Shown here in pieces: positions 1-10,392 of a stretch of DNA of 53,286 bases (the first letter of the stretch is position 1; every line of letters starts with the position of its first letter). Below the pieces are notes generated by a model. That model saw nothing but the letters and a program-made list of their open reading frames with translations, made no database searches and was not told where the DNA came from. Both the position numbers and the translations under genes were made by a program. Location: NCBI GenBank assembly GCA_030141605.1, contig JAQGDQ010002422.1, positions 1 to 53,286 of the forward strand, given 5' to 3'. Source of the DNA: Tubiluchus corallicola (Eukaryota; Animalia; Priapulida).

Positions 1-56
1 AAAAAAATATATCAGCACTAAGCCGCTAAGATTTTTAACATTGGGAGCAATTACTT

Positions 57-2720
57 ATGACTACACAATTTCCTTGGAAAGCACTTCTCACTGTCGACGG
101 TAAAGACTATTCATACTATAATATACAGAAATTCGCGCACTCTATCGGAGAGGATATCAGCTCCCTTCCTCTTTCTCTTAAAATCCTCCTGGAAAATCTC
201 CTGAGGCAATATGACGAAAAAACCGTCACCATGCGCCATCTGAAGGCTCTCTGCCAATGGGCAAAAACACGGGAAGGAGGTGAGGAAATTCCCTATAAAC
301 CCTCCCGAGTCCTCATGCAGGACTTCACAGGCGTCCCCGCCGTAGTCGACCTTGCCGCCATGCGAGATGCCATCGCGCAAAAAGGCGGAGATCCCCAAAA
401 AGTCAACCCCTTAAGCCCCGTCGATCTCGTTATTGATCATTCCATTATGGTCGACCATTACGGAACTTCCGAAGCCGCTAATAAAAATATGGAACTCGAA
501 TTCAAAAGAAACAGCGAGCGATACGCCTTCTTACGATGGGGACAAGCCGCTTTCGATAACTTCAATGTCGTGCCGCCAGGTGCCGGGATATGCCATCAGG
601 TCAATCTGGAATATCTCGCCAACGTCGTCCATGTCGATAAAGAAACCGACCCGCCTCTGCTCTTCCCCGATACACTCGTCGGAACAGATAGCCACACAAC
701 CATGATCAACGCCCTTGGCGTCCTCGGGTGGGGCGTCGGTGGAATCGAGGCCGAAGCCGCTATGCTCGGGCAAGCCCTCTCAATGAAAGTGCCCCAAGTG
801 ATCGGCATGAAACTCACCGGAAAACTTCCCGAAAAAATCACCGCGACAGACCTCGTCCTCACAATCGTCCAACAACTTCGACAATATGGCGTGGTTGGAA
901 AATTCGTCGAATTCTTCGGAGACGGACTGAAAAACCTCTCCCTGCCCGATCGCGCAACAATCGCAAACATGGTCCCAGAATACGGTGCGACATGCGGCCT
1001 GTTTCCTATCGATAGCGAAACAATCAGCTATCTTAGCACCACAGGAAGAGACCCACACCTGATCAATATCATACAACACTATACACAAAAACAGGGAATG
1101 GGAAATACTTCCTCAATGCCACACGCTCAATATACAGAAACCCTCTCTCTTGACCTCTCTTCCATACAGACCTCTATTGCGGGACCAGGAAGACCACAAG
1201 ACCGAATCACCATCACAAAATCACGAGCATCCTTCCTGAAAACACTCAAAAAAATCGAAAATAGACAAAAACCGAAAACCGCCCCCGTCCCTAACAAAAA
1301 TTACACAATAGAAGACGGAAGTATCGTTATCGCCGCCATCACAAGCTGCACCAATACATCAAACCCCTCTGTGCTTATCGGCGCGGCCCTGCTGGCGAAA
1401 AACGCCGTCGAAAAAGGACTCTCCTCAAAAGAATGGGTGAAAACATCCTTCGCACCAGGCTCTCGAATCGTCGAGCAATACCTGCAAAACGCCGGCCTTA
1501 TGCCCTATATGCAAAAACTCGGGTTTTATATCACAGGATTCGGATGCACAAGCTGTATCGGAAATTCCGGCCCCCTCGATGACAATATCCAAGAAGCTAT
1601 CCAAAATAATCAACTATGCGTCACCTCCATTCTCTCGGGCAACAGAAATTTCGAAGGGCGAATCCACCCCCTTGTAAAAGCAAATTATCTCGCCTCCCCC
1701 CTCCTAGTTGTCGCCGGAGCCCTCTTTGGATCCATGAGTAAAAATTTCTTCAAAGATCCCATCGACTCCGATCACCAAAATAATCCCGTCTATCTACGCG
1801 ATATATGGCCACAAAAAAAAGACATCAACGCCGTGATCAAAACAGCCATCACAGCCGAAATGTACCAAAAACACTACAAGACAATCTTCGCAGGATCCCC
1901 TGAATGGCAAAATATCAATATAGAACATTCAAAAACATGCCAGTGGAACCCACAATCAACCTATATCCAAAATCCACCCTTTTTTGAATCAACTGACGAA
2001 AATCCCCTAGAGGTCTCTATCGAAAACGCGAGAACACTCGCTATATTCGGCGACTCCGTAACAACCGATCATATCTCTCCAGCAGGCAGCATCAGGGAAG
2101 AAAGCGATGCGGGACAATGGCTTTCTGACCAAAATGTCCGCCCAGAAAACTTCAACGCATACGGCGCAAGACGCGGAAACCACGAAGTCATGATGCGAGG
2201 AACCTTCGCGAATATCAGAATCCGAAATAAAATGCTCCCCGATACAGAAGGAGGAATCACACGACATATCCCCTCCGGAAAAAAAATGAGCATATATAAC
2301 GCCGCGATGAAATATAAACAAGACAATATCCCCCTTATTATCATCGCGGGAAAAGAATATGGAACAGGATCCTCTCGCGACTGGGCCGCCAAAGGAACAA
2401 AATTACTCGGTATAAAAGCCGTCATCGCCGAAAGCTTCGAGAGAATACATCGCTCCAACCTCATCGGCATGGGCGTGCTCCCCCTACAATTCCCACAAAA
2501 TACCTTCCTAGACTCCCTTAAACTCACCGGCAATGAACGCTACGCGCTTCACTCGGAAAACGCCCTCTTCCCTAACGCAATCATAACATTGTCCATACAA
2601 CAGAATAATAAAAAACTCCACACCATCCCCCTTATATGCCGAATCGATACCGAGGATGAAATTAACTATTACAAAACCGGAGGAATCCTCCATCATATGC
2701 TCGCGCAGCTGACAAATTAA
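57..2720 (+). CDS. acnA: aconitate hydratase A
   Basis: 887 aa; motifs SRVLMQDFTGVPAVVDLAAMR, GTDSHT, AAITSCTNTSNP, GCTSCIGNSG, GSSRDWAAKG. Confidence 0.98.
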   Translation: MTTQFPWKALLTVDGKDYSYYNIQKFAHSIGEDISSLPLSLKILLENLLRQYDEKTVTMRHLKALCQWAKTREGGEEIPYKPSRVLMQDFTGVPAVVDLAAMRDAIAQKGGDPQKVNPLSPVDLVIDHSIMVDHYGTSEAANKNMELEFKRNSERYAFLRWGQAAFDNFNVVPPGAGICHQVNLEYLANVVHVDKETDPPLLFPDTLVGTDSHTTMINALGVLGWGVGGIEAEAAMLGQALSMKVPQVIGMKLTGKLPEKITATDLVLTIVQQLRQYGVVGKFVEFFGDGLKNLSLPDRATIANMVPEYGATCGLFPIDSETISYLSTTGRDPHLINIIQHYTQKQGMGNTSSMPHAQYTETLSLDLSSIQTSIAGPGRPQDRITITKSRASFLKTLKKIENRQKPKTAPVPNKNYTIEDGSIVIAAITSCTNTSNPSVLIGAALLAKNAVEKGLSSKEWVKTSFAPGSRIVEQYLQNAGLMPYMQKLGFYITGFGCTSCIGNSGPLDDNIQEAIQNNQLCVTSILSGNRNFEGRIHPLVKANYLASPLLVVAGALFGSMSKNFFKDPIDSDHQNNPVYLRDIWPQKKDINAVIKTAITAEMYQKHYKTIFAGSPEWQNINIEHSKTCQWNPQSTYIQNPPFFESTDENPLEVSIENARTLAIFGDSVTTDHISPAGSIREESDAGQWLSDQNVRPENFNAYGARRGNHEVMMRGTFANIRIRNKMLPDTEGGITRHIPSGKKMSIYNAAMKYKQDNIPLIIIAGKEYGTGSSRDWAAKGTKLLGIKAVIAESFERIHRSNLIGMGVLPLQFPQNTFLDSLKLTGNERYALHSENALFPNAIITLSIQQNNKKLHTIPLICRIDTEDEINYYKTGGILHHMLAQLTN

Positions 2721-2725
2721 AAAAA

Positions 2726-2755
2726 AAGAGCCTTGCTCAAAGGCTCTTAGTTTTT
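2726..2755 (+). terminator. intrinsic terminator after acnA
   Basis: aagagcctt-gctca-aaggctctt hairpin followed by a T-rich tract. Confidence 0.7.
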
Positions 2756-2853
2756 CTCACAACTTAACTCTTTCATATAGACCTAATCATAAATATAAAA
2801 GAACTAATTTACTACAGGCAAAAAATAAGCCAACTTACCAAAAGAGAGAAATT

Positions 2854-3363
2854 ATGCCCTATTATTGCCTATCCCTGCAAACACCGTTTGGCCCCTTAAC
2901 ACTCTTTGAAGAAGATAAAAAAATACGCGCCCTTGAATGGGGATACGTACAAGAACAACGTCCCTCCTCCCTTCTCGTAAAAGCAAAAAAACAACTTATG
3001 GAATGGTTTAATGGACAACGAAAAACATTCTCCCTCCCCCTTGAACCACACGGAACAGACTTTCAAAAACGCGTCTGGAAAGAACTCTCCATCATCCCTT
3101 ACGGGCATGTGAAAAGCTACCAGGAAATCGCAACAGCTATTAAAAGTGCACCTAGAGCCGTCGGAAACGCGTGCGCGAAAAATCCCCTCTCCATCATTAT
3201 CCCATGTCACAGAGTCGTCTACCAACAAGGAACAAAAATTAACCAGAAAACCGGAAAACGCGACATCCATAACACAAAAGCCATCGGGAATTACAGCGGC
3301 GGAAACGGAAAAGAAACAAAAACACAACTCCTCGCATTCGAAGGCGCCATTCATCACGACTGA
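2854..3363 (+). CDS. ogt: methylated-DNA--protein-cysteine S-methyltransferase
   Basis: GTDFQKRVW, IPYG, RAVGNAC and active-site PCHRV motifs. Confidence 0.93.
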   Translation: MPYYCLSLQTPFGPLTLFEEDKKIRALEWGYVQEQRPSSLLVKAKKQLMEWFNGQRKTFSLPLEPHGTDFQKRVWKELSIIPYGHVKSYQEIATAIKSAPRAVGNACAKNPLSIIIPCHRVVYQQGTKINQKTGKRDIHNTKAIGNYSGGNGKETKTQLLAFEGAIHHD

Positions 3364-3416
3364 GAGCTTCACTAAGACCGAAAACACCCTGTTGATATAC
3401 TCAATACCTAACCTTA

Positions 3417-4400
3417 ATCAGTCTTGACACAATATTGCTGACAAAAGCGAAAACAAAATCCATCAAGGGCTTGCAGGTTTTGGCGTTTGGTCGCTCTATG
3501 CGTGTTGACCCTGGCAGCAGATTTTAGCGACTGTGTCAGCTCACCATAATAAATAGGCCACCCTATGGGCGTAATGGAAATATCACAGAATTTAAGGAAA
3601 ATATAGCAAGACAAAAAAGAGCTGCAATACACCACAGTTTATCACCATTGATTTTCGCAACAGCTCGATAATTCCCTTTTCTAAAACTAAACCATGACTC
3701 ACTGGTTTTTTAGAAACTTTCCACGCGAACAGATATCTTCCTGAACCGCTTCCAAATCTAAATAACCAAAAAACCCCTACTGTTCCTTACCGGCGATTGC
3801 TCTTTTCATCGATTTTATAACAGTTTCTGAAATTTGAATATCTCAGAATATAGTTTTGCCCATGCTTCTTTCCTATTTTCCAAAATCACTACGATATGAT
3901 ATGAATTCAGCCTTCCAAAACTTTTTTTGCTCGCCCACGCAAGCGTATAGGATTTTCTTTTCACGCTCGCTCACCATCCAAACATTTTTTAAAAAGATAA
4001 ATAATACGACTTCTAGCAGTTTTACTCTTTGATCTCTCAGTAATCGTAAAGAATTCATTGAGCCAATGATATAAGCGATCATCAAGGCTATAACACCAAA
4101 ATGTTTGACATGCCTTGATCCCCTCCCAACATAGGCGTTCACCTGCCCCAATGGCATGTTAAGCATGTATTTATTACACGCGCCACGTGTAATACACATC
4201 TCTCTCTGCTTTTCAGCACAGTATCTTCAAAAAAATGGGCGTGAATAATTTTTCCATAATTTACCTCGCAAGCAAATATAAACAAAAGACGCAATCAGCA
4301 GACTTTATAAAACTATTGTTATGGATGCCGTAAGATGGCGTGGGTGTGGTGGGATGGCTGGATGCTCCATGGGTTGTCTGTTTTCAAACAGACCCTGTAA
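3417..4400 (-). pseudogene. decayed DDE transposase-like remnant (IS4/IS701-like, uncertain)
   Basis: Region lacks the host C/A skew; broken minus-strand frames include VRVESF*KTSESWFSFRKG, reminiscent of the RW-x-E-x-F-K C-terminal DDE motif; hairpin gtctgttt-tc-aaacagac near 4376-4393. Confidence 0.35.
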
Positions 4401-4641
4401 GCCAGCGAACTTTATCAAAGTAAAATACACGCAACTATTGATATCTCAAGCGATATTTGCTATAATAAAAACAGAAGAAACAAGCGTTTCTTAGAAAAAT
4501 ACACACCTGATATGTCAAAATAAATTTTTTTGATTCCATTGCTTTCATAAAAAAGCAAGACATATTCTCATGCCCTCTCAAAAATAAGCAAAACCTTAAA
4601 GTCCCCCACAATAAAACAAACGTTAACAATAGGTTATTCAT

Positions 4642-5598
4642 ATGTCTTTGAGCATGCACTACCGATCCATTCTCGTTACAAAATTATTTGTTAAAAATGA
4701 AAAAAAAATACCCTATCACGTTCCCTATTATTCATTCAATGAAATAGAAACACAACTCCATGAACTCTACAATAACAATCAAACAGACTATTACTATCAG
4801 CGCAAAACAAAAAAAATGAAAATTCGGAAAATTCAAAGCGTCAACGAACAATATCTATGCCTTCTGATCAGTATAGGAGATAAAAATATACCCGATGTCC
4901 ATTACGAAAATTTCGATAACGGCGATATACGACCCTCCCAGAAAAATAAAAATGAAGGCATTGTCTTTACAGGGCATATTCTCATTAAAAAAGAACGCGA
5001 TAAAATCGACTCCCACCTCATGCTGATCGAAAAAGTCCCCGGACTCAATATGCCAATACTAGAAGCCTACTTGCGGCACATCTTCAAAAATACCAGTACA
5101 AAAACATACACACATAATGATCAAAAAATAATATACAGACCACTTTTTACCATCCTTGGATACCAGTCAAATACCCTTAAAGACGCCCTCCTAAATAATA
5201 ATATCCTGCACGATATCGAATTTGTCGGACATACACCCATATACGGAGGCCTAGATGAATATGGATATATTCAAGAACGTACCCAAAAACTGAAATTCGT
5301 TATGCAAAAAGACCTTAAAACAAGCAATATCGATTCACTTTTCCAACATATCCTCTGTAAATTCAAAACAAGCAACTATAAAAAAATGCTCATAAGAATC
5401 AAAACACCCAACGGAAAAATTCAACAAACCACCCTCGATCCAAACCATAAAAACATGCTCTCGCAAACATTCATCTGCCATGAATATGTCAATAATTTTA
5501 TAGAACCCCTCAAAAGCGCCCATGACGATATCGTCAACAGCATGGTCGAAAAGCTACAGGAAAAAGCCTCACAATACACAGATTCCCTTTACCAATAA
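4642..5598 (+). CDS. hypothetical soluble protein, first gene of a two-gene operon
   Basis: 318-aa uninterrupted ORF with no TM segment or recognisable catalytic motif; 16 nt from the next gene. Confidence 0.8.
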   Translation: MSLSMHYRSILVTKLFVKNEKKIPYHVPYYSFNEIETQLHELYNNNQTDYYYQRKTKKMKIRKIQSVNEQYLCLLISIGDKNIPDVHYENFDNGDIRPSQKNKNEGIVFTGHILIKKERDKIDSHLMLIEKVPGLNMPILEAYLRHIFKNTSTKTYTHNDQKIIYRPLFTILGYQSNTLKDALLNNNILHDIEFVGHTPIYGGLDEYGYIQERTQKLKFVMQKDLKTSNIDSLFQHILCKFKTSNYKKMLIRIKTPNGKIQQTTLDPNHKNMLSQTFICHEYVNNFIEPLKSAHDDIVNSMVEKLQEKASQYTDSLYQ

Positions 5599-5614
5599 TC
5601 AAGGAGCGAACTCT

Positions 5615-6184
5615 ATGCTGCATAAATTTAAAATACTCACCCCACTCCTTTACCTGCAACTTAAAAATAAAGGCCTCAATACCTATACATGGTATATCCC
5701 CTTAGGAATAACCGCCATTGTCATGTCTATCTCCTTTTTCCTTCCCGAAGGTATCAGCGTTTATGAACAAGATGGATGGATAAAATCCGTCAATCAACTT
5801 CTTTCCCCCCTTGTCGCTTTCTATATCGCCTCCCTCGCTGTCATTTCCTCCTTCAGAAATAACCATATCGATAAATATACAGCCGGAACAACAATCACCC
5901 TCACCGTTAAACGAAGAGGAAAAAAAGAAACAGAAGTCCTGACAAGAAGACGGTTTTTAAGTTTACTCTTTGCTTATTGCGCTTTCATCTCTATAATAAT
6001 TTTTATCGTCAGTGAATTGTCCATCCTCCTACAAGGGAATATCTACGCTATTTTTACAAACCCCCTTATTTCGGAAATAGTGGACTATCTCTTTATAGGA
6101 GTCTATATATTCATGATTAGCAACTTACTGACAACAACACTTTTAGGTCTCCACTATCTGGCAGATCGTATGCACAGGGTATAA
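5615..6184 (+). CDS. hypothetical membrane protein (~4 TM helices)
   Basis: AAGGAG RBS at 5601-5606 before ATG 5615 (shorter than the ORF-track call); four hydrophobic stretches around a basic loop (KRRGKKETEVLTRRRFLSLLF). Confidence 0.8.
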   Translation: MLHKFKILTPLLYLQLKNKGLNTYTWYIPLGITAIVMSISFFLPEGISVYEQDGWIKSVNQLLSPLVAFYIASLAVISSFRNNHIDKYTAGTTITLTVKRRGKKETEVLTRRRFLSLLFAYCAFISIIIFIVSELSILLQGNIYAIFTNPLISEIVDYLFIGVYIFMISNLLTTTLLGLHYLADRMHRV

Positions 6185-6231
6185 CACTCACGCATCAACA
6201 GCCAGAAACCCTGCAAAAAGGAACTGGCCCC

Positions 6232-8892
6232 ATGGAAAATCTAGAGCCCACTAAAAAATCCGCCCCTCAAGTAAAATATCGCAAAGATTATCAACCTTCT
6301 CCATGGCTCATTACCCACATCAACCTGGAGTTCATACTTGATCCGCATACAACAATCGTCCAATCCACTCTCACAATCCAAAGAAATCCAAAACAACCCA
6401 AAACAACCCCCCTTGCCCTCAATGGCGAAAATCTCACAACAAAAACCGTCGAGATAAACGGAGAAACCCTCCCAAAAGACGCTTTCTCCATCCAGGAAAA
6501 CTATCTGACTATTCATAAACCTCTTCCCGATCAATTCACACTCAAAACAATCGTTCATATCCACCCAGAAAAAAATACAGCCCTGTCAGGGCTCTACACA
6601 TCAAACACTATCCTCTGCACACAATGCGAAGCCGAAGGATTCAGAAGAATAACATGGTTTATCGATCGACCCGATATCCTTGCTATATGGGCCGTGAAAC
6701 TCCAAGCAAAACAAAACCTCTTTCCAACCCTGTTGTGCAACGGAAACCTCACCAGCCAAACAATAAACAACGATATAAACGAAACACACTGGCATGACCC
6801 TCATCCCAAACCATCCTACCTGTTCGCGCTTGTCGCAGGCGATTTCGACTGCCTGGAAGACCATTTCATAACACACTCCAAAGAAAAAATCACCTTGCGA
6901 ATCTATTGCGAAAAAGGCGAAAAAGAAAAATGCGCATGGGCCATGGAAAGCCTGAAACTCTCCATGAAATGGGACGAAGTAAACTACGGACGAGCTTATG
7001 ACCTCTCCTTGTTCAATATCGTCGCTGTCAGCGACTTTAACTTCGGCGCCATGGAAAATAAAAGCCTCAATATCTTCAACGCCGTCTATATCCTCGCCGA
7101 CCCGCAAATAACAACCGATATCGATAACGACAATATCGCCGCCGTCGTCGCTCACGAATATTTCCACAATTGGACCGGAAACAGAATCACATGCCGAGAT
7201 TGGTTCCAGCTCAGCCTCAAAGAAGGACTCACCGTCTTTCGAGATCAGCAATTCTCCGCCGATATCAGCTCGCCAGACGTCCTGCGAATACAAACTGTCA
7301 ATACCTTAAGAACAACACAGTTCCCAGAAGATAATAGCCCACTAGCACACCCCATACGACCCGAATCCTACATCCGAATCGATAACTTCTATACCGCAAC
7401 CGTCTATGAAAAAGGAGCCGAGGTCATCCGAATGCTCAACAGTATCCTCGGAAAAAATAAATTCCGAAAAGGAATGGACCGGTATTTCGAAAAATATGAC
7501 GGACAAGCCGTAACATGCGACGACTTCATCTCCGCAATGGAAGAAGCTAACTGTATCGACCTCTCACAATTTTCCCACTGGTACAGCCAAATAGGAACTC
7601 CCACAATCGATGTACTCACACACTATAACGCACAGGAGCAAACCTATACCCTCACCCTTTCACAAAATTCCACACACCATAACGAAAATCAAGCAAACCT
7701 TTTGCATATCCCCCTGAAAACAGGGCTCGTCCATAGAGAAACCGGCCAGGATATCCCCCTCCATCCCGATCCAAAAACAGCTCAAAACAGCCACCCCACT
7801 GACAATAATACACACATACTCCACCTAAAACATAAATCACAAACCTTCACCTTTAACAAAGTCCCTCAAAACCCTATCCTCTCCATTAACCGAACCTTCT
7901 CCGCACCCGTCAAAATCAACTATTCACGCCCCCAAGAAGAAACCCTCTTCCTTATGGCAAACGACAGCGATAGCTTCAACCGATACGAAGCTTTCTGCTC
8001 CTCCATAACACGCCTTATAAAAACAAATATAGAAAAAAACATCCCCCAAGCCAAAACCCCTACGGAAATCATCACAGCCTTCCAGAAAAACCTGCTGGAT
8101 ACAACAATCGACCCATACTTCCAATCCTACCTTATTTCTATCCCTCACCCCCGATTCCTTGCGGAGCAAATGGACATTATCGATGTCAACACCCTCTATA
8201 CAGCCTACCATATCTTGCAAGAAACAATCGCGAACACCCTGAAAGACACTTTCCTACAAAGCTATAAAATCGCGCGAAGCGCCCAAAATACAAGCGAAAA
8301 CCCAAAAAAATACAGAGCACTCGCTAACGCAATTCTCCCCTATATCGCTCGATCCTCTCTGAATAATAAAGACGGCATTATCTTCCAGCAATTTCAAGAA
8401 GATAGCCTCATGACCAATAAAATCGCCGCCCTAGCAACCCTCTCTCATACCTCCTCCCCATACTATCAAAAAGCCCTCGACCTTTTTGAAGAACAGTTTT
8501 CCCATAACGAGCTGGCAATGGATAAATGGCTCTCTGTACAAGCGCTGTCAACCAATAAAAATACACTGCAAACTATTACAGAACTCACAAAACACCCCTG
8601 CTTTACACTGAAAAACCCAAACAGAGTCCGTGCCCTAATCGGACGATTCTGCCACGGAAACTTGCTCCACTTTCATAAAAAAGACGGATCAGGATACCAG
8701 TTTTTGAAGGACTATATCGTGAAAATCGATAACAACAACCCTCAACTTGCCGCAGGACTCGCCAGATCAACAGCGCAATGGAGACGCTACACACCAGAAA
8801 ACCAGAAAAAAATACAACAGACCCTCCAGGAAATCCTGAGGCAAAACCCTTCCGAAATTCTCTATGAGATCATCAATAACCAACTGGAATAA
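6232..8892 (+). CDS. pepN: aminopeptidase N (M1 family)
   Basis: GAMENK, HEYFHNWTG zinc motif, TVYEKGAEV, NPNRVRAL. Confidence 0.97.
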   Translation: MENLEPTKKSAPQVKYRKDYQPSPWLITHINLEFILDPHTTIVQSTLTIQRNPKQPKTTPLALNGENLTTKTVEINGETLPKDAFSIQENYLTIHKPLPDQFTLKTIVHIHPEKNTALSGLYTSNTILCTQCEAEGFRRITWFIDRPDILAIWAVKLQAKQNLFPTLLCNGNLTSQTINNDINETHWHDPHPKPSYLFALVAGDFDCLEDHFITHSKEKITLRIYCEKGEKEKCAWAMESLKLSMKWDEVNYGRAYDLSLFNIVAVSDFNFGAMENKSLNIFNAVYILADPQITTDIDNDNIAAVVAHEYFHNWTGNRITCRDWFQLSLKEGLTVFRDQQFSADISSPDVLRIQTVNTLRTTQFPEDNSPLAHPIRPESYIRIDNFYTATVYEKGAEVIRMLNSILGKNKFRKGMDRYFEKYDGQAVTCDDFISAMEEANCIDLSQFSHWYSQIGTPTIDVLTHYNAQEQTYTLTLSQNSTHHNENQANLLHIPLKTGLVHRETGQDIPLHPDPKTAQNSHPTDNNTHILHLKHKSQTFTFNKVPQNPILSINRTFSAPVKINYSRPQEETLFLMANDSDSFNRYEAFCSSITRLIKTNIEKNIPQAKTPTEIITAFQKNLLDTTIDPYFQSYLISIPHPRFLAEQMDIIDVNTLYTAYHILQETIANTLKDTFLQSYKIARSAQNTSENPKKYRALANAILPYIARSSLNNKDGIIFQQFQEDSLMTNKIAALATLSHTSSPYYQKALDLFEEQFSHNELAMDKWLSVQALSTNKNTLQTITELTKHPCFTLKNPNRVRALIGRFCHGNLLHFHKKDGSGYQFLKDYIVKIDNNNPQLAAGLARSTAQWRRYTPENQKKIQQTLQEILRQNPSEILYEIINNQLE

Positions 8893-8960
8893 GCCCAACA
8901 CAGTTGATACAAAACATACCCGCTTAAAGAAAATCATAATAGCGCCAGAAAACAATAACG

Positions 8961-10274
8961 TCAGGAAAGAGACGAAAGCTCTTTCCGCTCATAGTCTCGC
9001 AGCCGCTGAAGAATAAAACCCGCCAAATATAAAGAACCGCAAATTAAAATACGCGCGTTTCCATCCGTATCCGCCGCCGCCGCCACAGCCGCCAGCGGAT
9101 CACTGTAACCCGCTGTATCAAACCCTAAATGACACGCGGAAGAAACAATCTCATTAACAGAATGGCTATTGCTCGATAAAGGAATCTCCGTCCCGAAAAC
9201 AGCCGATACCTTCCCGACAAAATAACTCAGAAACTTCCCAACATCACGATTGCTCAACATCCCAACAACAAGATAAACAGGCCGCTCATCCCAATGTTTC
9301 TCTATATGAGACGATAAAATTTCCGCCGCGGCCTCATTATGCCCCCCATCAAGCCAAAGCTCCTGATCAGGCGAAAGACCAATACACGAAGGTAAAATCG
9401 TCCCGGATAAATTCTCTAAACGAGCCGGCCAACAGACCGATTCGATTCCCTCTTTAAAAATAGCCTCATGCCGACAGGCGCGCATAACTGTCCCACGCAT
9501 AACCGCCATCGCTAAAGCCGCATTCCTATATTGATGCTCCCCTGTTAACGCCATTCCCCGTAAATCAAAATCCATACCCCCAAAAGAAACAGAATGACCC
9601 CTGATACACCAATCCACACCCTCTTGGTAAAACGGAACGGACAACTCGCGCGCTCGCGCGCGCAAGACAGCCAACGCCTCCTTAGACTGAGACGCCGAAA
9701 AACAAGGAACAGATTCTTTCATAATTCCTGCCTTGTTCATCGCTATCTTTTCAAGCGTATTCCCTAAATAAAATTCATGATCCCGTGAAATCGACGTGAT
9801 AACTGTCGCAACCGGAGAGGCAAACACATTGGTCGCGTCCAACAGTCCACCCATGCCCGTCTCCAGCAGTAAAATATCCGCAGGATGACGCGAAAACGCT
9901 AAAAACGCCACCGCCGTCGTTAACTCAAAAAAAGTAACCGACGGATCTATCCCCTTTTCCCGAACCTCATGAGATAAGGCATATAACATCTCATCGGAAA
10001 TCAACGCCCCGTCAAGCCGTATCCGCTCGTTAAAACGCACCAAATGCGGAGATGTGTAAACATGAACCCTGTAGCCTGCAGCCTCTAACATCGAACGCAT
10101 AAAAGCAATGGTCGACCCTTTGCCATTCGTTCCAGCGACATGAATAACCGGTGGACAGCACTTATGCGGATTATCCAATATATCCAATAAATGAAAAACG
10201 CGATCTAAAGAAAAATCCGTCGTAAGCGGATGACCACACGATAAAAATGCCGATATCTCAAAATCCGTCGCCAT
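8961..10274 (-). CDS. folC: bifunctional folylpolyglutamate/dihydrofolate synthase
   Basis: HVAGTNGKGST, YTSPHLVRFNERI, ETGMGGLLDATN, DGGHN, GSLYLAG; follows accD. Confidence 0.96.
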   Translation of the reverse strand: MATDFEISAFLSCGHPLTTDFSLDRVFHLLDILDNPHKCCPPVIHVAGTNGKGSTIAFMRSMLEAAGYRVHVYTSPHLVRFNERIRLDGALISDEMLYALSHEVREKGIDPSVTFFELTTAVAFLAFSRHPADILLLETGMGGLLDATNVFASPVATVITSISRDHEFYLGNTLEKIAMNKAGIMKESVPCFSASQSKEALAVLRARARELSVPFYQEGVDWCIRGHSVSFGGMDFDLRGMALTGEHQYRNAALAMAVMRGTVMRACRHEAIFKEGIESVCWPARLENLSGTILPSCIGLSPDQELWLDGGHNEAAAEILSSHIEKHWDERPVYLVVGMLSNRDVGKFLSYFVGKVSAVFGTEIPLSSNSHSVNEIVSSACHLGFDTAGYSDPLAAVAAAADTDGNARILICGSLYLAGFILQRLRDYERKELSSLS

Positions 10275-10392
10275 ACACTTCTTCCCCTAAGCCGTTTTCG
10301 CTCTCTTATGCTTCAAACTTTCTCACAAAAAACAACCGATAATAGCCGCCAAAGAAAAAAGCACACCCACTTCATTAGATAAAAGACCACCA

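Noticed and set aside
5522-5614. N-terminal extension of the membrane protein given by the ORF track
   Set aside because: It overlaps the upstream gene; a clear AAGGAG RBS supports ATG 5615
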